Positions 28,701 to 34,629 of a stretch of 64,000 nt of DNA are shown here, piece by piece. The position numbers were made by a program, and so were the translations under genes. The notes under the pieces are model-generated. The model worked only from the letters and a program-made list of their open reading frames with translations, had not been told where the DNA came from and ran no database searches. The DNA is from Thermoplasmata archaeon (lineage in GTDB: Archaea > Thermoplasmatota > Thermoplasmata > Lutacidiplasmatales > UBA184): assembly GCA_028864975.1 (NCBI GenBank), contig JAGWLG010000012.1, forward strand, positions 5,986 to 69,985. Reading direction: 5' to 3'. The stretch's first letter is position 1, and each line of letters opens with the position of its first letter.

Positions 28701-31700
28701 CTCTCGGTGACCTGCTCGCCCACCGCCCCGGGGACCTTCACGGCGGTCTTCTCGGTGCGCGACTCCAATCGCATGAACGTGAGCTCGGGCGCCCTCACCC
28801 TCGTCGTCTCCCCGGCGTTCGGGACGGCGACCCTGAGCGGAAGTCGTCTCGCCCTGGACGCGGGTCAAACGGTGCTCCTCACGACCTCGGTTTCGGGAGG
28901 ATCGGGCGGCGACTCCTATGCCTGGAGCTCGCTCCCGACCGGATGTGGCGGGGCGAACTCGGCGACGCTATCCTGCGTCCCCAGCGGCGCCGGCACCCCC
29001 ACCGTCTCCGTGACGGTCACGGACAGCAATGGGGCCACCGCCTCGGCCACACTCCCGCTGACCGTCTCCTCCGCCCCGACCATCTCCCTCCCGACCGCCT
29101 CGAGGACTGCGCTGGACGTGGGCCAATCCACGACCCTCAGCGCGACCGCGACCTCGGGAAGCGGGAGCCCGGTCTACGCTTGGTCGGGCCTCCCCGCTGG
29201 CTGCTTGAGCTCGAACGCCCTGTCGGTGGCCTGCACGCCCTCGGGGTCAGGGACCTTCAGCGTCGCGGTGTCGGTCGTGGACTCGAACGGGATGAACGTG
29301 AGTTCCGGCCCCCTGACCCTGGCGGTCTCGCCGGCGTTGGGGTCGGCGACCCTCTCGGCGAGCCGGAGCGCGCTGGACGTCGGGCAGTTTACCGCGCTCT
29401 CGGGCGCCGTCAGCGGCGGAACGGGGAGCTACACTTACTCCTGGGGCTCCCTCCCCTCGGGTTGCTCGGGCTCGAACGCGGTCGCGATCGTGTGCTCCCC
29501 CACCGCGGCGGGGACGTTCTCGGTGGCTCTCACGATCACGGACACCAACGGGGCCAGCGCGACCCCCGCGCCGGTGTCGCTCGCGGTCTCCGCAGCCCCC
29601 TCGGTGGGGTCGCTCGGTGCGACCCGCCTCGACCTGGACGTGGGACAGCTGACCACGCTCGCAGGGACGGCGACCGGCGGCAGCGGCGGGGACGCCTATG
29701 CCTGGGTCGGGCTCCCCACGGGGTGCTTGAGTTCCAACTCGCCCTCGGTGGCCTGTTCGCCCACCGCCGCCGGGACCTTCTCCATCGCGCTCTCGGTCAT
29801 CGATTCGAACGGGATGAACGTGAGCTCGCCGTCGCTGCTTCTCTCGGTCTCTCCCGCGCTCGCGGCCGCGGCGCTCAGCGCTGGGCGGAGCGCTCTGGAC
29901 GTGGGACAGGCGACGACCCTCTCCGCTTCCGCCTCGGGCGGGTCGGGCGGCCTCTCCTACTCCTGGTCGGGGCTGCCCACCGGCTGCAGCAGCGGGGGGC
30001 GGGCTTCCTTCGCCTGCGCTCCGACCTCCCCCGGGACGTCCTCGGTGTCCGTCGTGATCACGGACTCGAACGGAGCGAGCGTCTCGGCCTCGACGACGCT
30101 CACGGTCTCGTCCGCGCCCTGGGCCGGGTCGCCTACGGCGAGCCCGAGCGCTCTCGATGTCGGGCAGACGACCGCCCTTGCCGCCACCGCGGGGGCGGGG
30201 AGCGGTTCGCCGACCTACGCCTGGGGGGGCCTCCCCGCGGGGTGCTTGTCGGTGAGCTCGCTCATCCTCACGTGCTCCCCCATGAGTTGGGGGTCGTTCA
30301 CGGTGGTGCTGAGCGTTGTGGACTCGAACGGGATGAACGTCTCCTCCGCGCCACTTCTGCTCCCCATCTCTCCGGCTCTCGCCGGGGCGACCCTCTCGGC
30401 TTCCCCCGGCGCGCTGGACGTGGGGCAGTCGACTGCCCTCTCCTTCTCCGTCTTCGGCGGCTCCGGCGGCTTGACCTACGCGTGGTCCGGTCTTCCCGCG
30501 GGCTGCGCGGGAGGGAACTCGGCCACGCTCCTCTGCTCGCCCACCGCTAGCGGCACCGGCCTTGCGACGGTCCGTGCGACCGACGCCAACGGCGCCTCGG
30601 TCTCGGCGAGCGTCTCGCTCACCGTGTCGGCGGCCCTCTCCGTGGCTGCGCCCTCCGCCTCCCCCTCGGCGGCAGACGCGCAGCAGGCCGTGACGCTCTC
30701 CGCCCTGGCTTCCGGAGGGGCGGGCACCCTGGTCTACGCATGGTGGGGCCTTCCTTCCGGATGCCTCTCCTCGAACCTGGCGACCCTCCCCTGCACGCCC
30801 GCGGCCCCGGGGAGGTTCATGGTGGGCTACAGCGTACTGGACGCGAACGGAGAGAACGTGAGCTCCCCCGCGCTCTCCTTCAGCGTGTCGGCGGCGCTCT
30901 CGACCCCTGTCCTGGCGGCCTCCTTAACGGCGCTGGACCTGGGCGAGGGCACGACGATCGCCGCGACGGTGGCGGGGGGGTCCTCCCCCCTCGCCTATGC
31001 CTGGGCCGGGCTCCCGACCGGGTGCACAGGGTCCGACACGCCCACCTTGGCCTGCGCGCCCTCCCTGACCGGGACCTTCTCGGTGTCGCTCAGGGTCTCT
31101 GACGCGAACGGGGGCACGGCCACCTCGGCAGCTCTGACGCTCACCGTTTCGGCCGCTCCCACGGTGGGGATTCCGATGGCGACGCTGACGTCGCTGGACC
31201 TGGGGCAGACGACCTCGCTCACGGTGCCCTCGACCCCGGGGAGCGGCGGGCTCGTGCTGAACTGGTCGGGACTCCCGACGGGCTGCCCGGCCTCGGGGCT
31301 CCCCTCCTGCACGCCGACCGCGACCGGCACGTTCTCGATTTGGGTCTCGGCCAAGGACTCGAACGGGGTCACCGTCGTGGGCGCCCCTCTCGTCCTCACC
31401 GTTGACGGGGCCCTCGCGGCGGTCACGCTGACCGCGAGCTCAAAGGACGTGGACGCGGGGTCAGAGGTCACGCTGACAGCCGAAGTCTCGGGCGGGAGCG
31501 GGGGTTACGCCTACTCGTGGTCCGCGCTTCCCACGGGCTGCGCGGGGGCGGACGTCGCCACGTTGCTCTGCTCCCCCTCGGCCGCCGGGTCGTTCGCGGC
31601 CGCGGTCCAGGTCTCGGACACGAACGGGGCCACCTCCTCGGCCTCGGTCTCGATCACGGTGAACGCCCCGCTCTCTGTCGCGCTGTCGGATAGCCCCACC

Positions 31701-32267
31701 TCCGCCTCGAACGGGGCGACGCTCACCTTCACGGCGTCCGCGGCGGGCGGGAGTTCGCCGACTGTTTACGCCTGGTCGCTCAACGGGACGGCGCAGGCGG
31801 GCGCGACGGGGTCGACCTTCACCATCGCGGGAGCTCACGCCGGGACCTACTCGGTGTCGGTCGCGGTCTCGGACGCGACCGGCTCGCGCGCGATCGCCCC
31901 CACGGTATCGGTCACGGTGAGCCCGCCGGTCCCCCCAGCGTCTACGCCCCCGGCGCCGACACTCTCCCCCTCGTCCTTCGCGTCGGAGTCCAACCTGCTG
32001 GTGGGGCTCCTCGCAATCCTGGTCGCGCTCGCGGTGGCGATCCTGCTGATGCAGGCCCTCGGCCGGCGCTCTCGGCCCCCGGCCTCCGGGGTCGCGGGGA
32101 AGGCCAGACCGCCGCGGCCGCGCGCCCGTCCTGCGGTGCTCGAGACTCCCCCGGCCTCCCCCGAAGGGGTTGCGACCCCCCCGCCCCCCTCCCCCGTCGC
32201 GGGCGGCGAGGCGGAGCCTGTCTCCGGGACCGGCCCCGAGACCTACTCCGAGGATGGAGAAGCCTAG
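19779..32267 (+). CDS. Giant (4162 aa) membrane-anchored mosaic surface protein: Kelch propeller(s), Ig-like repeat arrays and a YVTN beta-propeller
   Basis: A single uninterrupted 12,489-nt ORF. It has an N-terminal hydrophobic segment (LIGILLLLGLLVAPTTAF) and a Pro/Ser/Ala-rich spacer. These are followed by 10 Kelch motifs, 5 Ig-like domains, about 7 YVTN-type propeller repeats and about 29 further Ig-like domains. It ends with a C-terminal TM helix (LLVGLLAILVALAVAILLM) and a basic/Pro-rich tail. All other-frame and antisense ORFs inside it are short, repeat-echo artefacts. Confidence 0.9.
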   Translation: MSKTPTRQSDLANPVVHLVKVRGTSSLSRRSGSIGDRAGLIGILLLLGLLVAPTTAFTTTGALLAKLPSAEAPPPGTVQGVASLSLSALGNFPAPPLGSGPSARLPGVIDGPGGDLGAPLGLPPSASVSAGTPPTTASRAPSSGASTLPPPPSSSVSSPSTFSSSSAAGAAELAQASASLGQGGGPAQGHAMSCAASAAGSFECDAKADASPDLGLGTQSTTWTEMGTPGMRDAASMVYDPADGTVVLFGGYFSGLTQADTWEYHGGVWYPVDSPISPPARYAAAMVYDIPAGYVLLFGGQGAGTSGSLQDTWEFSGGTWVQLTSTSSPGTRYGATMTYDAADGYVVLFGGFGCSTGSGCVASLLQDTWQFSGGAWTQLTPTTSPGTRYDASMTYDTADGYVVLFGGLGCSTGSGCAANEIQDTWKFTGTTWTQLSILALPGARNGASMTYDGADGYVVLFGGYGCFTGSSCGLHWLQETWKLMGTTWTLLTPAASPGIREGATMTYDVTDGYVVLFGGHGPGSAGGLQDTWKFSGGTWAQLAPTTSPGTRTGATMTFDVRDGYVVLFGGFGCSTGSGCTVDYLQDTWKFTGTTWTQLSPTTSPGTRLAASMVYDSADRYVALFGGYGCSTGSGCAVGYLQDTWKFTGTTWTQLTPTTSPGTREYASMTYDAADGYVVLFGGYGCYTGSSCTVDYLQDTWQFTGTTWSQFAPTTSPGTRYDASMTYDTADGYVMLFGGFGCSTACNWLQDTWSFGIPLTDATPSASPSSLDVGQALLLTSSATGGGQGASHEFGWWGLPPGCSTAVLTVSVSCTPSKAGTYYVGTVVSESNGIPLATGPTTTVTVYPDPSATASGSASSRDAGQTVTLTGLTSGGLGPFSGIVWNGLPTASSCAAAGSLTCAITLSSSGVGQWTITVSATDANGFTATSMGVALTVDPALCASPCGISGGTSLDVGQTATVQASVNGGTGTYSYAWSALSGAGCPTTSASTVDCTPTATGSFTVAFVATDTNGATTAALGVVLTVSADPTITAPTASRATLDVGQATTLTTTDAGGSGTLVVSWSGLPTGCLSSNTLSFSCSPTAVGTFTVYANVQDTHLYNATSGPLTVVVSPRLNPGGSFASPASLDLGQATTFVTNVNGGTGSYSYGWMALPPGCAAADTGTLVCTPTATGSFLVTVSVVDSNNNLVSPAAIALTVGPDPVAGSLVASLRGLPQLGSASAPLTLGSTPSWVLYDPGNGMVYVGQGNCCGAGNTVWVVNPSTGTLVKTITTGNLPISLAYDSARGEVFVAEYGNAQVQVIDDSTNALVATIPMPDEPLSLGYDSWNGDVYVALYATNRVAVIDGATDSIVSLIGVGSGPNSAAFDPATGDVWVGDQNGAAVTIINGATNTVAGTVTLAAGSVPVFLVYDPANGDMYVPTGTTQSIDVIDATSDAIVDTVATTFNPEESALDTANGYLYVADISASANELQALDTRTNTLVGTVGLGTTAYGVAYDSSNGRLYGSGFGNGDLFTVRTLSSVSLPSSMSADVGQSVLLSASLTGQGSGGDRVSLSVSPAAGFTCIADPYGYANLSAGCLAETPGSYQLYFQLTDSNGFTVSTGTLTLVVDPALGGASVSVSRLALDVGQTTALSASVSGGAGSYAYAWSTLPTGCSVGDVGAFSCVPSGAGSFAVALIVTDGNGASTSAGTTLSVSLDPTISPPTGTLTRLDVGSSTVLAATATPGSGGDVYAWSGLPTPCLSSNALSIVCAPSASGEGTFDVTVSVVDSNGWNVTSGPLTIEVDPPLGISSFTESRPALDVGQTVVFAVSPTGGSGVYTYTWGAIPAGCARVDAATLTCVPTGSGSTTVSVSVGDTNGASLPSAGLAVVVSADPAVSSPGASTSSLDMGQSTSLSTVVSPGSGTDVLSWAGLPAGCLSSNANPVSCAPSASGTFTVTVAVRDSNGMNVSSGPLTLVVSPALSAVALTASPGALDVGQSLTFSASVSGGSGVYVWSWATLPTGCAGANAATLTCSPTAAGSYSAQATATDSNGASSSHSAAIVVSAAVTVGSISATRWDLDVSQSSTLTATVAGGSPSFAYAWAGLPAGCLSSNALSLSCSPTASGTFALTFSARDSNGMNVSSTTMAMVVSPALGTPSITASTPNLDVGQTVSFLAAESGGTGSYSYSWTYNGIRADLVGCTGQATASLTCTPTSSGVPNIVVTVSDSNAAPPQTRSTTVTVSADPTVQPITGSRTTLDLGQSTLLSTTSAQGSGGPTYAWAGLPAGCLSSNALSITCAPAGAGTFSVTVSVRDSNGVNVSSIPLTLIVSPAMGSAALAAAPSALDVGETTTLSSSASGGTGVYVYAYSGLPTGCSSANSATLACSPSAAGTFPSVALTVTDGNGATATAMIPIAVSAAPVAGTPAASKPSLDVGQTTSISALASGGSGGDVYSWSGLPTGCLSQNLLSLTCTPTVAGTFSVRLSVLDSNRMNVTSGTLTLAISPALAGALLTASRSLLDVGQTTLFAASASGGAGGDTFAWSGLPSGCSGGSSSSVTCVPAASGPFTVSIVATDANGATASANVALTVSSDPSVSVPSSSRSSLDVGQSTSLSSVATPGSGTPVYAWSGLPTGCLSANALTLSCAPTGAGTFVVRVTVQDSNGMNVSSGTLTLLVSTALGTPSLSASTATLDVGQSVTFTATEAGGSGTYTFTWTWAGNPASSEGCTGGNAATIVCTPTFSQSPSVVVSVSDSNGMGGLVASTSVVVSADPTVTSPGATRLALDIGQSTVLSATATTGSGGPTYAWSGLPTGCLSANALTVTCSPTAVGTYSVSISVRDSNGMNVSSTTLTLVVSPALGAVGLSASSYNLDVGQSTTFSVSVSGGTGSYTYTWGSLPSGCVGSSTPTLLCAPSGAGSTTVVVSVADTNGVLSGSGPVTVIVQAPPSVTSLGATRLDLDVGQSTTLTAAATAGSGGPVYAWSGLPTGCLSSNALSVTCSPTAPGTFTAVFSVRDSNRMNVSSGALTLVVSPAFGTATLSGSRLALDAGQTVLLTTSVSGGSGGDSYAWSSLPTGCGGANSATLSCVPSGAGTPTVSVTVTDSNGATASATLPLTVSSAPTISLPTASRTALDVGQSTTLSATATSGSGSPVYAWSGLPAGCLSSNALSVACTPSGSGTFSVAVSVVDSNGMNVSSGPLTLAVSPALGSATLSASRSALDVGQFTALSGAVSGGTGSYTYSWGSLPSGCSGSNAVAIVCSPTAAGTFSVALTITDTNGASATPAPVSLAVSAAPSVGSLGATRLDLDVGQLTTLAGTATGGSGGDAYAWVGLPTGCLSSNSPSVACSPTAAGTFSIALSVIDSNGMNVSSPSLLLSVSPALAAAALSAGRSALDVGQATTLSASASGGSGGLSYSWSGLPTGCSSGGRASFACAPTSPGTSSVSVVITDSNGASVSASTTLTVSSAPWAGSPTASPSALDVGQTTALAATAGAGSGSPTYAWGGLPAGCLSVSSLILTCSPMSWGSFTVVLSVVDSNGMNVSSAPLLLPISPALAGATLSASPGALDVGQSTALSFSVFGGSGGLTYAWSGLPAGCAGGNSATLLCSPTASGTGLATVRATDANGASVSASVSLTVSAALSVAAPSASPSAADAQQAVTLSALASGGAGTLVYAWWGLPSGCLSSNLATLPCTPAAPGRFMVGYSVLDANGENVSSPALSFSVSAALSTPVLAASLTALDLGEGTTIAATVAGGSSPLAYAWAGLPTGCTGSDTPTLACAPSLTGTFSVSLRVSDANGGTATSAALTLTVSAAPTVGIPMATLTSLDLGQTTSLTVPSTPGSGGLVLNWSGLPTGCPASGLPSCTPTATGTFSIWVSAKDSNGVTVVGAPLVLTVDGALAAVTLTASSKDVDAGSEVTLTAEVSGGSGGYAYSWSALPTGCAGADVATLLCSPSAAGSFAAAVQVSDTNGATSSASVSITVNAPLSVALSDSPTSASNGATLTFTASAAGGSSPTVYAWSLNGTAQAGATGSTFTIAGAHAGTYSVSVAVSDATGSRAIAPTVSVTVSPPVPPASTPPAPTLSPSSFASESNLLVGLLAILVALAVAILLMQALGRRSRPPASGVAGKARPPRPRARPAVLETPPASPEGVATPPPPSPVAGGEAEPVSGTGPETYSEDGEA
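20440..22040 (+). repeat. Ten tandem Kelch-type blades (about 50-57 aa each) within the giant gene
   Basis: The unit R-x-x-A-(S/T)-M-(T/V)-Y-D-x-x-D-G-Y-V-V-L-F-G-G ... L-Q-D-T-W-x-F-x-G-x-x-W-x-Q-L occurs 10 times (approximate boundaries). Confidence 0.8.
22050..23390 (+). repeat. Ig-like (He_PIG/PKD-like) domain array 1 (5 units)
   Basis: Five units of about 90 aa each begin with an LDVGQ-type motif (SSLDVGQALLL, SRDAGQTVTL, TSLDVGQTATV, ATLDVGQATTL, ASLDLGQATTF). Confidence 0.7.
23450..24335 (+). repeat. YVTN-family beta-propeller repeat region (about 7 blades) embedded between the Ig arrays
   Basis: Units of about 40 aa follow the pattern P-x-x-(L/A)-A-(Y/F)-D-x-x-x-G-x-(V/L)-(Y/W)-V-(A/G)..N-x-V-x-V-I-(D/N)-x-(A/S)-T-(N/D)-x-(V/I)-V. 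Examples are VGSGPNSAAFDPATGDVWVGDQNGAAVTIINGATNTV and LPISLAYDSARGEVFVAEYGNAQVQVIDDSTNALV. Confidence 0.75.
24340..31925 (+). repeat. Ig-like domain array 2: about 29 tandem units with a ~261-bp period, mostly alternating between two sequence types
   Basis: LDVGQ-type codon strings (ctcgacgtgggacag and variants) recur at about 24365, 24651, 24909, 25177, 25437, 25700, 25955, 26217, 26496, 26754, 27015, 27276, 27535, 27795, 28072, 28333, 28592, 28853, 29111, 29372, 29633, 29897, 30155, 30413, 30675, 30935, 31196, 31448 and 31700. Confidence 0.85.
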
Positions 32268-32551
32268 AGCTACCCCGAGACTTCCAGGAAAAGGTCCTGT
32301 CGCTCCATCGCCGAGCTCCCAGACCGGCGGCAAGCAGGGCTACCTAACGACGCAGCAGTTCGCCTCCCTCTTGCTTCTGCCATCTGGGCGAACGCGAGTC
32401 CCACCCGGCCGTTACACCATTCCCGCGTCTCTGTGGCGGCGCGGACCTCTGGACCTCCCACAAGAAAGTGGGGGGTTGAGGATAGCTATCGCTCAGCTCT
32501 GGCTTCTCAGAGCGGTCCCATGTCGCGCCGGGCAGGGGGGTGCGAGCCCGC

Positions 32552-33595
32552 TCACTCGGCGGGCAAGGGGAGGGAAGGGTCGGGTCCCTTCGGCGCGCCC
32601 TCGGGGCTCGGAGGGGCACCCTCCGCCCCGTTCCCGTCCGAGGGGTCGGGAGGCGGTGGCGGGATCGCGCTCAAGGAGATGCCGAGGCGCTGAGCGAGCC
32701 GCTCCCGGATCCTGTCCTTGTCGGTGGTCTCGAGACCGAAGTACTCGGCAAAGTGCGAGCTCGTGGTGAGCTCGAGCGTCGAGGCTTTCGGAAGGGCGTG
32801 GATGAAGTTGAGCTCCTTCAGGACTTTCACTTCCGTGTACGCGGCCTCCCCGACCATCCTCGCGAGCACGCTTTGGCGGATGGGCTGGTGGAAAGCGATG
32901 AGCGCGAGGACCCTCAGCGAACGACTGGGGATGTCGACGGGGGTCACCTTGTGGGCGACCTCGAGGTAGTCGGGACGCACCTGGAGCGCCCACGCCTCTC
33001 CCGCACGTCGGACCTCCAGCGAGGTGTTGCGGTTCGCGTAGGCGCGCTGGAGCTTGCGGAGAGCACGCTTGACCGACACGTGGTCGACTTCCCCTCCGAG
33101 CCGTGCGGTGAGGTCATGCACACTCACCGGCTTGCCCGCGGCGAAGAGGACCGACTCTACGCGTAGAGGAAGTTCGGGGGCCACCCCCTTTGGCCGAGGG
33201 GTACGTGCTTCGGCGAGAGCAGGTTCGCCACCGCCTTCGTCGTCCTCGTCGGTGTCCGCTTCGGTGGGGTCGGACTCGGTCTCCTCGTCAGGACTGGGCC
33301 CCGCCCCCGTCGTCTCTTCGGGCCCCGTCGGGGCCTCGGAAGTGGGGAGGGGGGCGGAGCTGGCCGTCGGGGGAGCGACGGCCTCTTGGGGTCCTGGCGA
33401 AGGGGTGGGCGGCGCGAGGGGTTGGGCGGCGGCCTCGGGCGGGGTGGGGGACGCCGGGGCTTCAGGCTCCGGCGCATGGTCGGGGGGAGCTTCTCGAGGG
33501 GGGGAGGAGCGACGAGGGTGGGGCTTCGCGCTCCCGCGCGCGGCCACCGGTCGCTTGCCCTTGGACCGTGTGGGAGATCCCTTCGCCATGGTCAC
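32552..33595 (-). CDS. scpB: Segregation and condensation protein B (kleisin partner) with Pro/Glu-rich N- and C-terminal extensions
   Basis: 347 aa. The core (VESVLFAAGKPVSVHDLTARL..LQRAYANRNTSLEVRRAGEAWALQVRPDY..RSLRVLALIAFHQPIRQSVLARMVG) is the tandem winged-helix ScpB pattern. Its start overlaps the scpA stop (ATGA). Confidence 0.85.
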   Translation of the reverse strand: MTMAKGSPTRSKGKRPVAARGSAKPHPRRSSPPREAPPDHAPEPEAPASPTPPEAAAQPLAPPTPSPGPQEAVAPPTASSAPLPTSEAPTGPEETTGAGPSPDEETESDPTEADTDEDDEGGGEPALAEARTPRPKGVAPELPLRVESVLFAAGKPVSVHDLTARLGGEVDHVSVKRALRKLQRAYANRNTSLEVRRAGEAWALQVRPDYLEVAHKVTPVDIPSRSLRVLALIAFHQPIRQSVLARMVGEAAYTEVKVLKELNFIHALPKASTLELTTSSHFAEYFGLETTDKDRIRERLAQRLGISLSAIPPPPPDPSDGNGAEGAPPSPEGAPKGPDPSLPLPAE

Positions 33596-34593
33596 GCTCC
33601 GGGCGAAGCGAGCGCCGCCTCTTCCGCGGGGGGAGGTGCCTCCTCGCCGTTCGGTCGACGGGAGACCGCCTCGCGCTCGATCATGAATCCGCTCGCGCTA
33701 AGGTCGACTTGGCGGAGGGAGAGCACCCGCTCTTTCGCCAAGAAGAGCAGCGTAAGGAAGAGCGAGACCACCCGCTCGCGGGAAGGGACCCCCTCGAGGA
33801 GCAGTTCGACCGAGAAGGGTTCCCCCACCGGGTGCTCCGCGACCTTCTCCCAGGTCTCGGCCAGGTCGTGTTCTGGGACGTCACCGTGCGCCAGCACTTC
33901 GGGTGCGGTCTTCTGCCAAGCCCGTAGGCGGTCGCGCTCGGCCTGAGTGACCTGGAAGAGGCGAGCCGATTCCTCCGCCTCGTGGAAGGCGTTCGCGAGC
34001 TCCATCAGGCTCACCGGCCGGGTCCCCTCGTGGCGGACCATCGGGTCGATCGGAACATCTTCGCCCCGCAGGAGCGCTTCGGTCACATCGATCTGCTCGG
34101 GGGAGGACATCTCTCCCAGGTAGCCTTGGTCGAGCGCTCCGTCGGGAAGGGCCGCCTCCATCGTCGGAGGGGCGAGCTCGTTCTCTCGCTGGGTGAGCAC
34201 CTCCTGGGATTGGAGCAGGAGGATCCTCCAGGCCATGTGGATCAGCCGTCCGGCGACGGCGAAGTCGACCTCGTGGTCCTGCTTCACTCGGTCCTGGTAG
34301 ACGCTGACGAACCGGGTCAGGTCGATGGACCACGGGTTGAACTGTTCGGAGAGGACGAGCTCGAAGAGCAGGGCCGTCGCCTTCTGGTAGGGGTCGTCGA
34401 TGACGACGTGGACCCCCTCTTTCATCCCGCGCACGAGGTCGAGATAGTGGTCGACCGCGTTCGCGGCCTCCATCGACTCTCCGATGAGGGCCTTGTGGTA
34501 GAGCAGGTAGTCGAGCACCTGCTGGGCCGCCTCGCGTGAGACGGGCGGCGTGGTCAGGGCGAGCTCGTGGGCTTCCTGCGCACTCAGGGTCAT
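33592..34593 (-). CDS. scpA: Segregation and condensation protein A (kleisin)
   Basis: 333 aa with the ScpA-type N-terminal region (LFELVLSEQFNPWSIDLTRFVSVYQDRV). It lies between smc and scpB on the same strand. Confidence 0.8.
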   Translation of the reverse strand: MTLSAQEAHELALTTPPVSREAAQQVLDYLLYHKALIGESMEAANAVDHYLDLVRGMKEGVHVVIDDPYQKATALLFELVLSEQFNPWSIDLTRFVSVYQDRVKQDHEVDFAVAGRLIHMAWRILLLQSQEVLTQRENELAPPTMEAALPDGALDQGYLGEMSSPEQIDVTEALLRGEDVPIDPMVRHEGTRPVSLMELANAFHEAEESARLFQVTQAERDRLRAWQKTAPEVLAHGDVPEHDLAETWEKVAEHPVGEPFSVELLLEGVPSRERVVSLFLTLLFLAKERVLSLRQVDLSASGFMIEREAVSRRPNGEEAPPPAEEAALASPGA

Positions 34594-34629
34594 GTTCTAC
34601 CTCCTTCTCTTGACGTGACTTCGAGGACC

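Noticed and set aside
24340-31925. Regularly spaced ~261-bp repeats, which might suggest a CRISPR-like or satellite array.
   Set aside because: The period is far longer than a CRISPR repeat plus spacer, and there is no short invariant repeat flanking unique spacers. The whole array is one open reading frame encoding Ig-like domains.
19888-32333. Dozens of 60-630-aa ORFs in other frames or on the opposite strand inside the giant gene, for example 28661..30550 +, 23228..24502 +, 24540..25892 - and 27759..28868 -.
   Set aside because: Their translations are periodic Arg/Gly/Asp-rich echoes of the 261-bp repeat. The main frame is continuous for 4162 codons with coherent domain motifs, so these are repeat-induced artefacts.
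32268-32551. Small ORFs and possible terminator structures in the convergent spacer between the giant gene and scpB (32170..32769 +, 32270..32461 -, 32344..32619 -).
   Set aside because: I found no oligo-T tract or obvious stable hairpin, and the ORFs are low-complexity. Nothing is supportable beyond calling it a convergent intergenic spacer.
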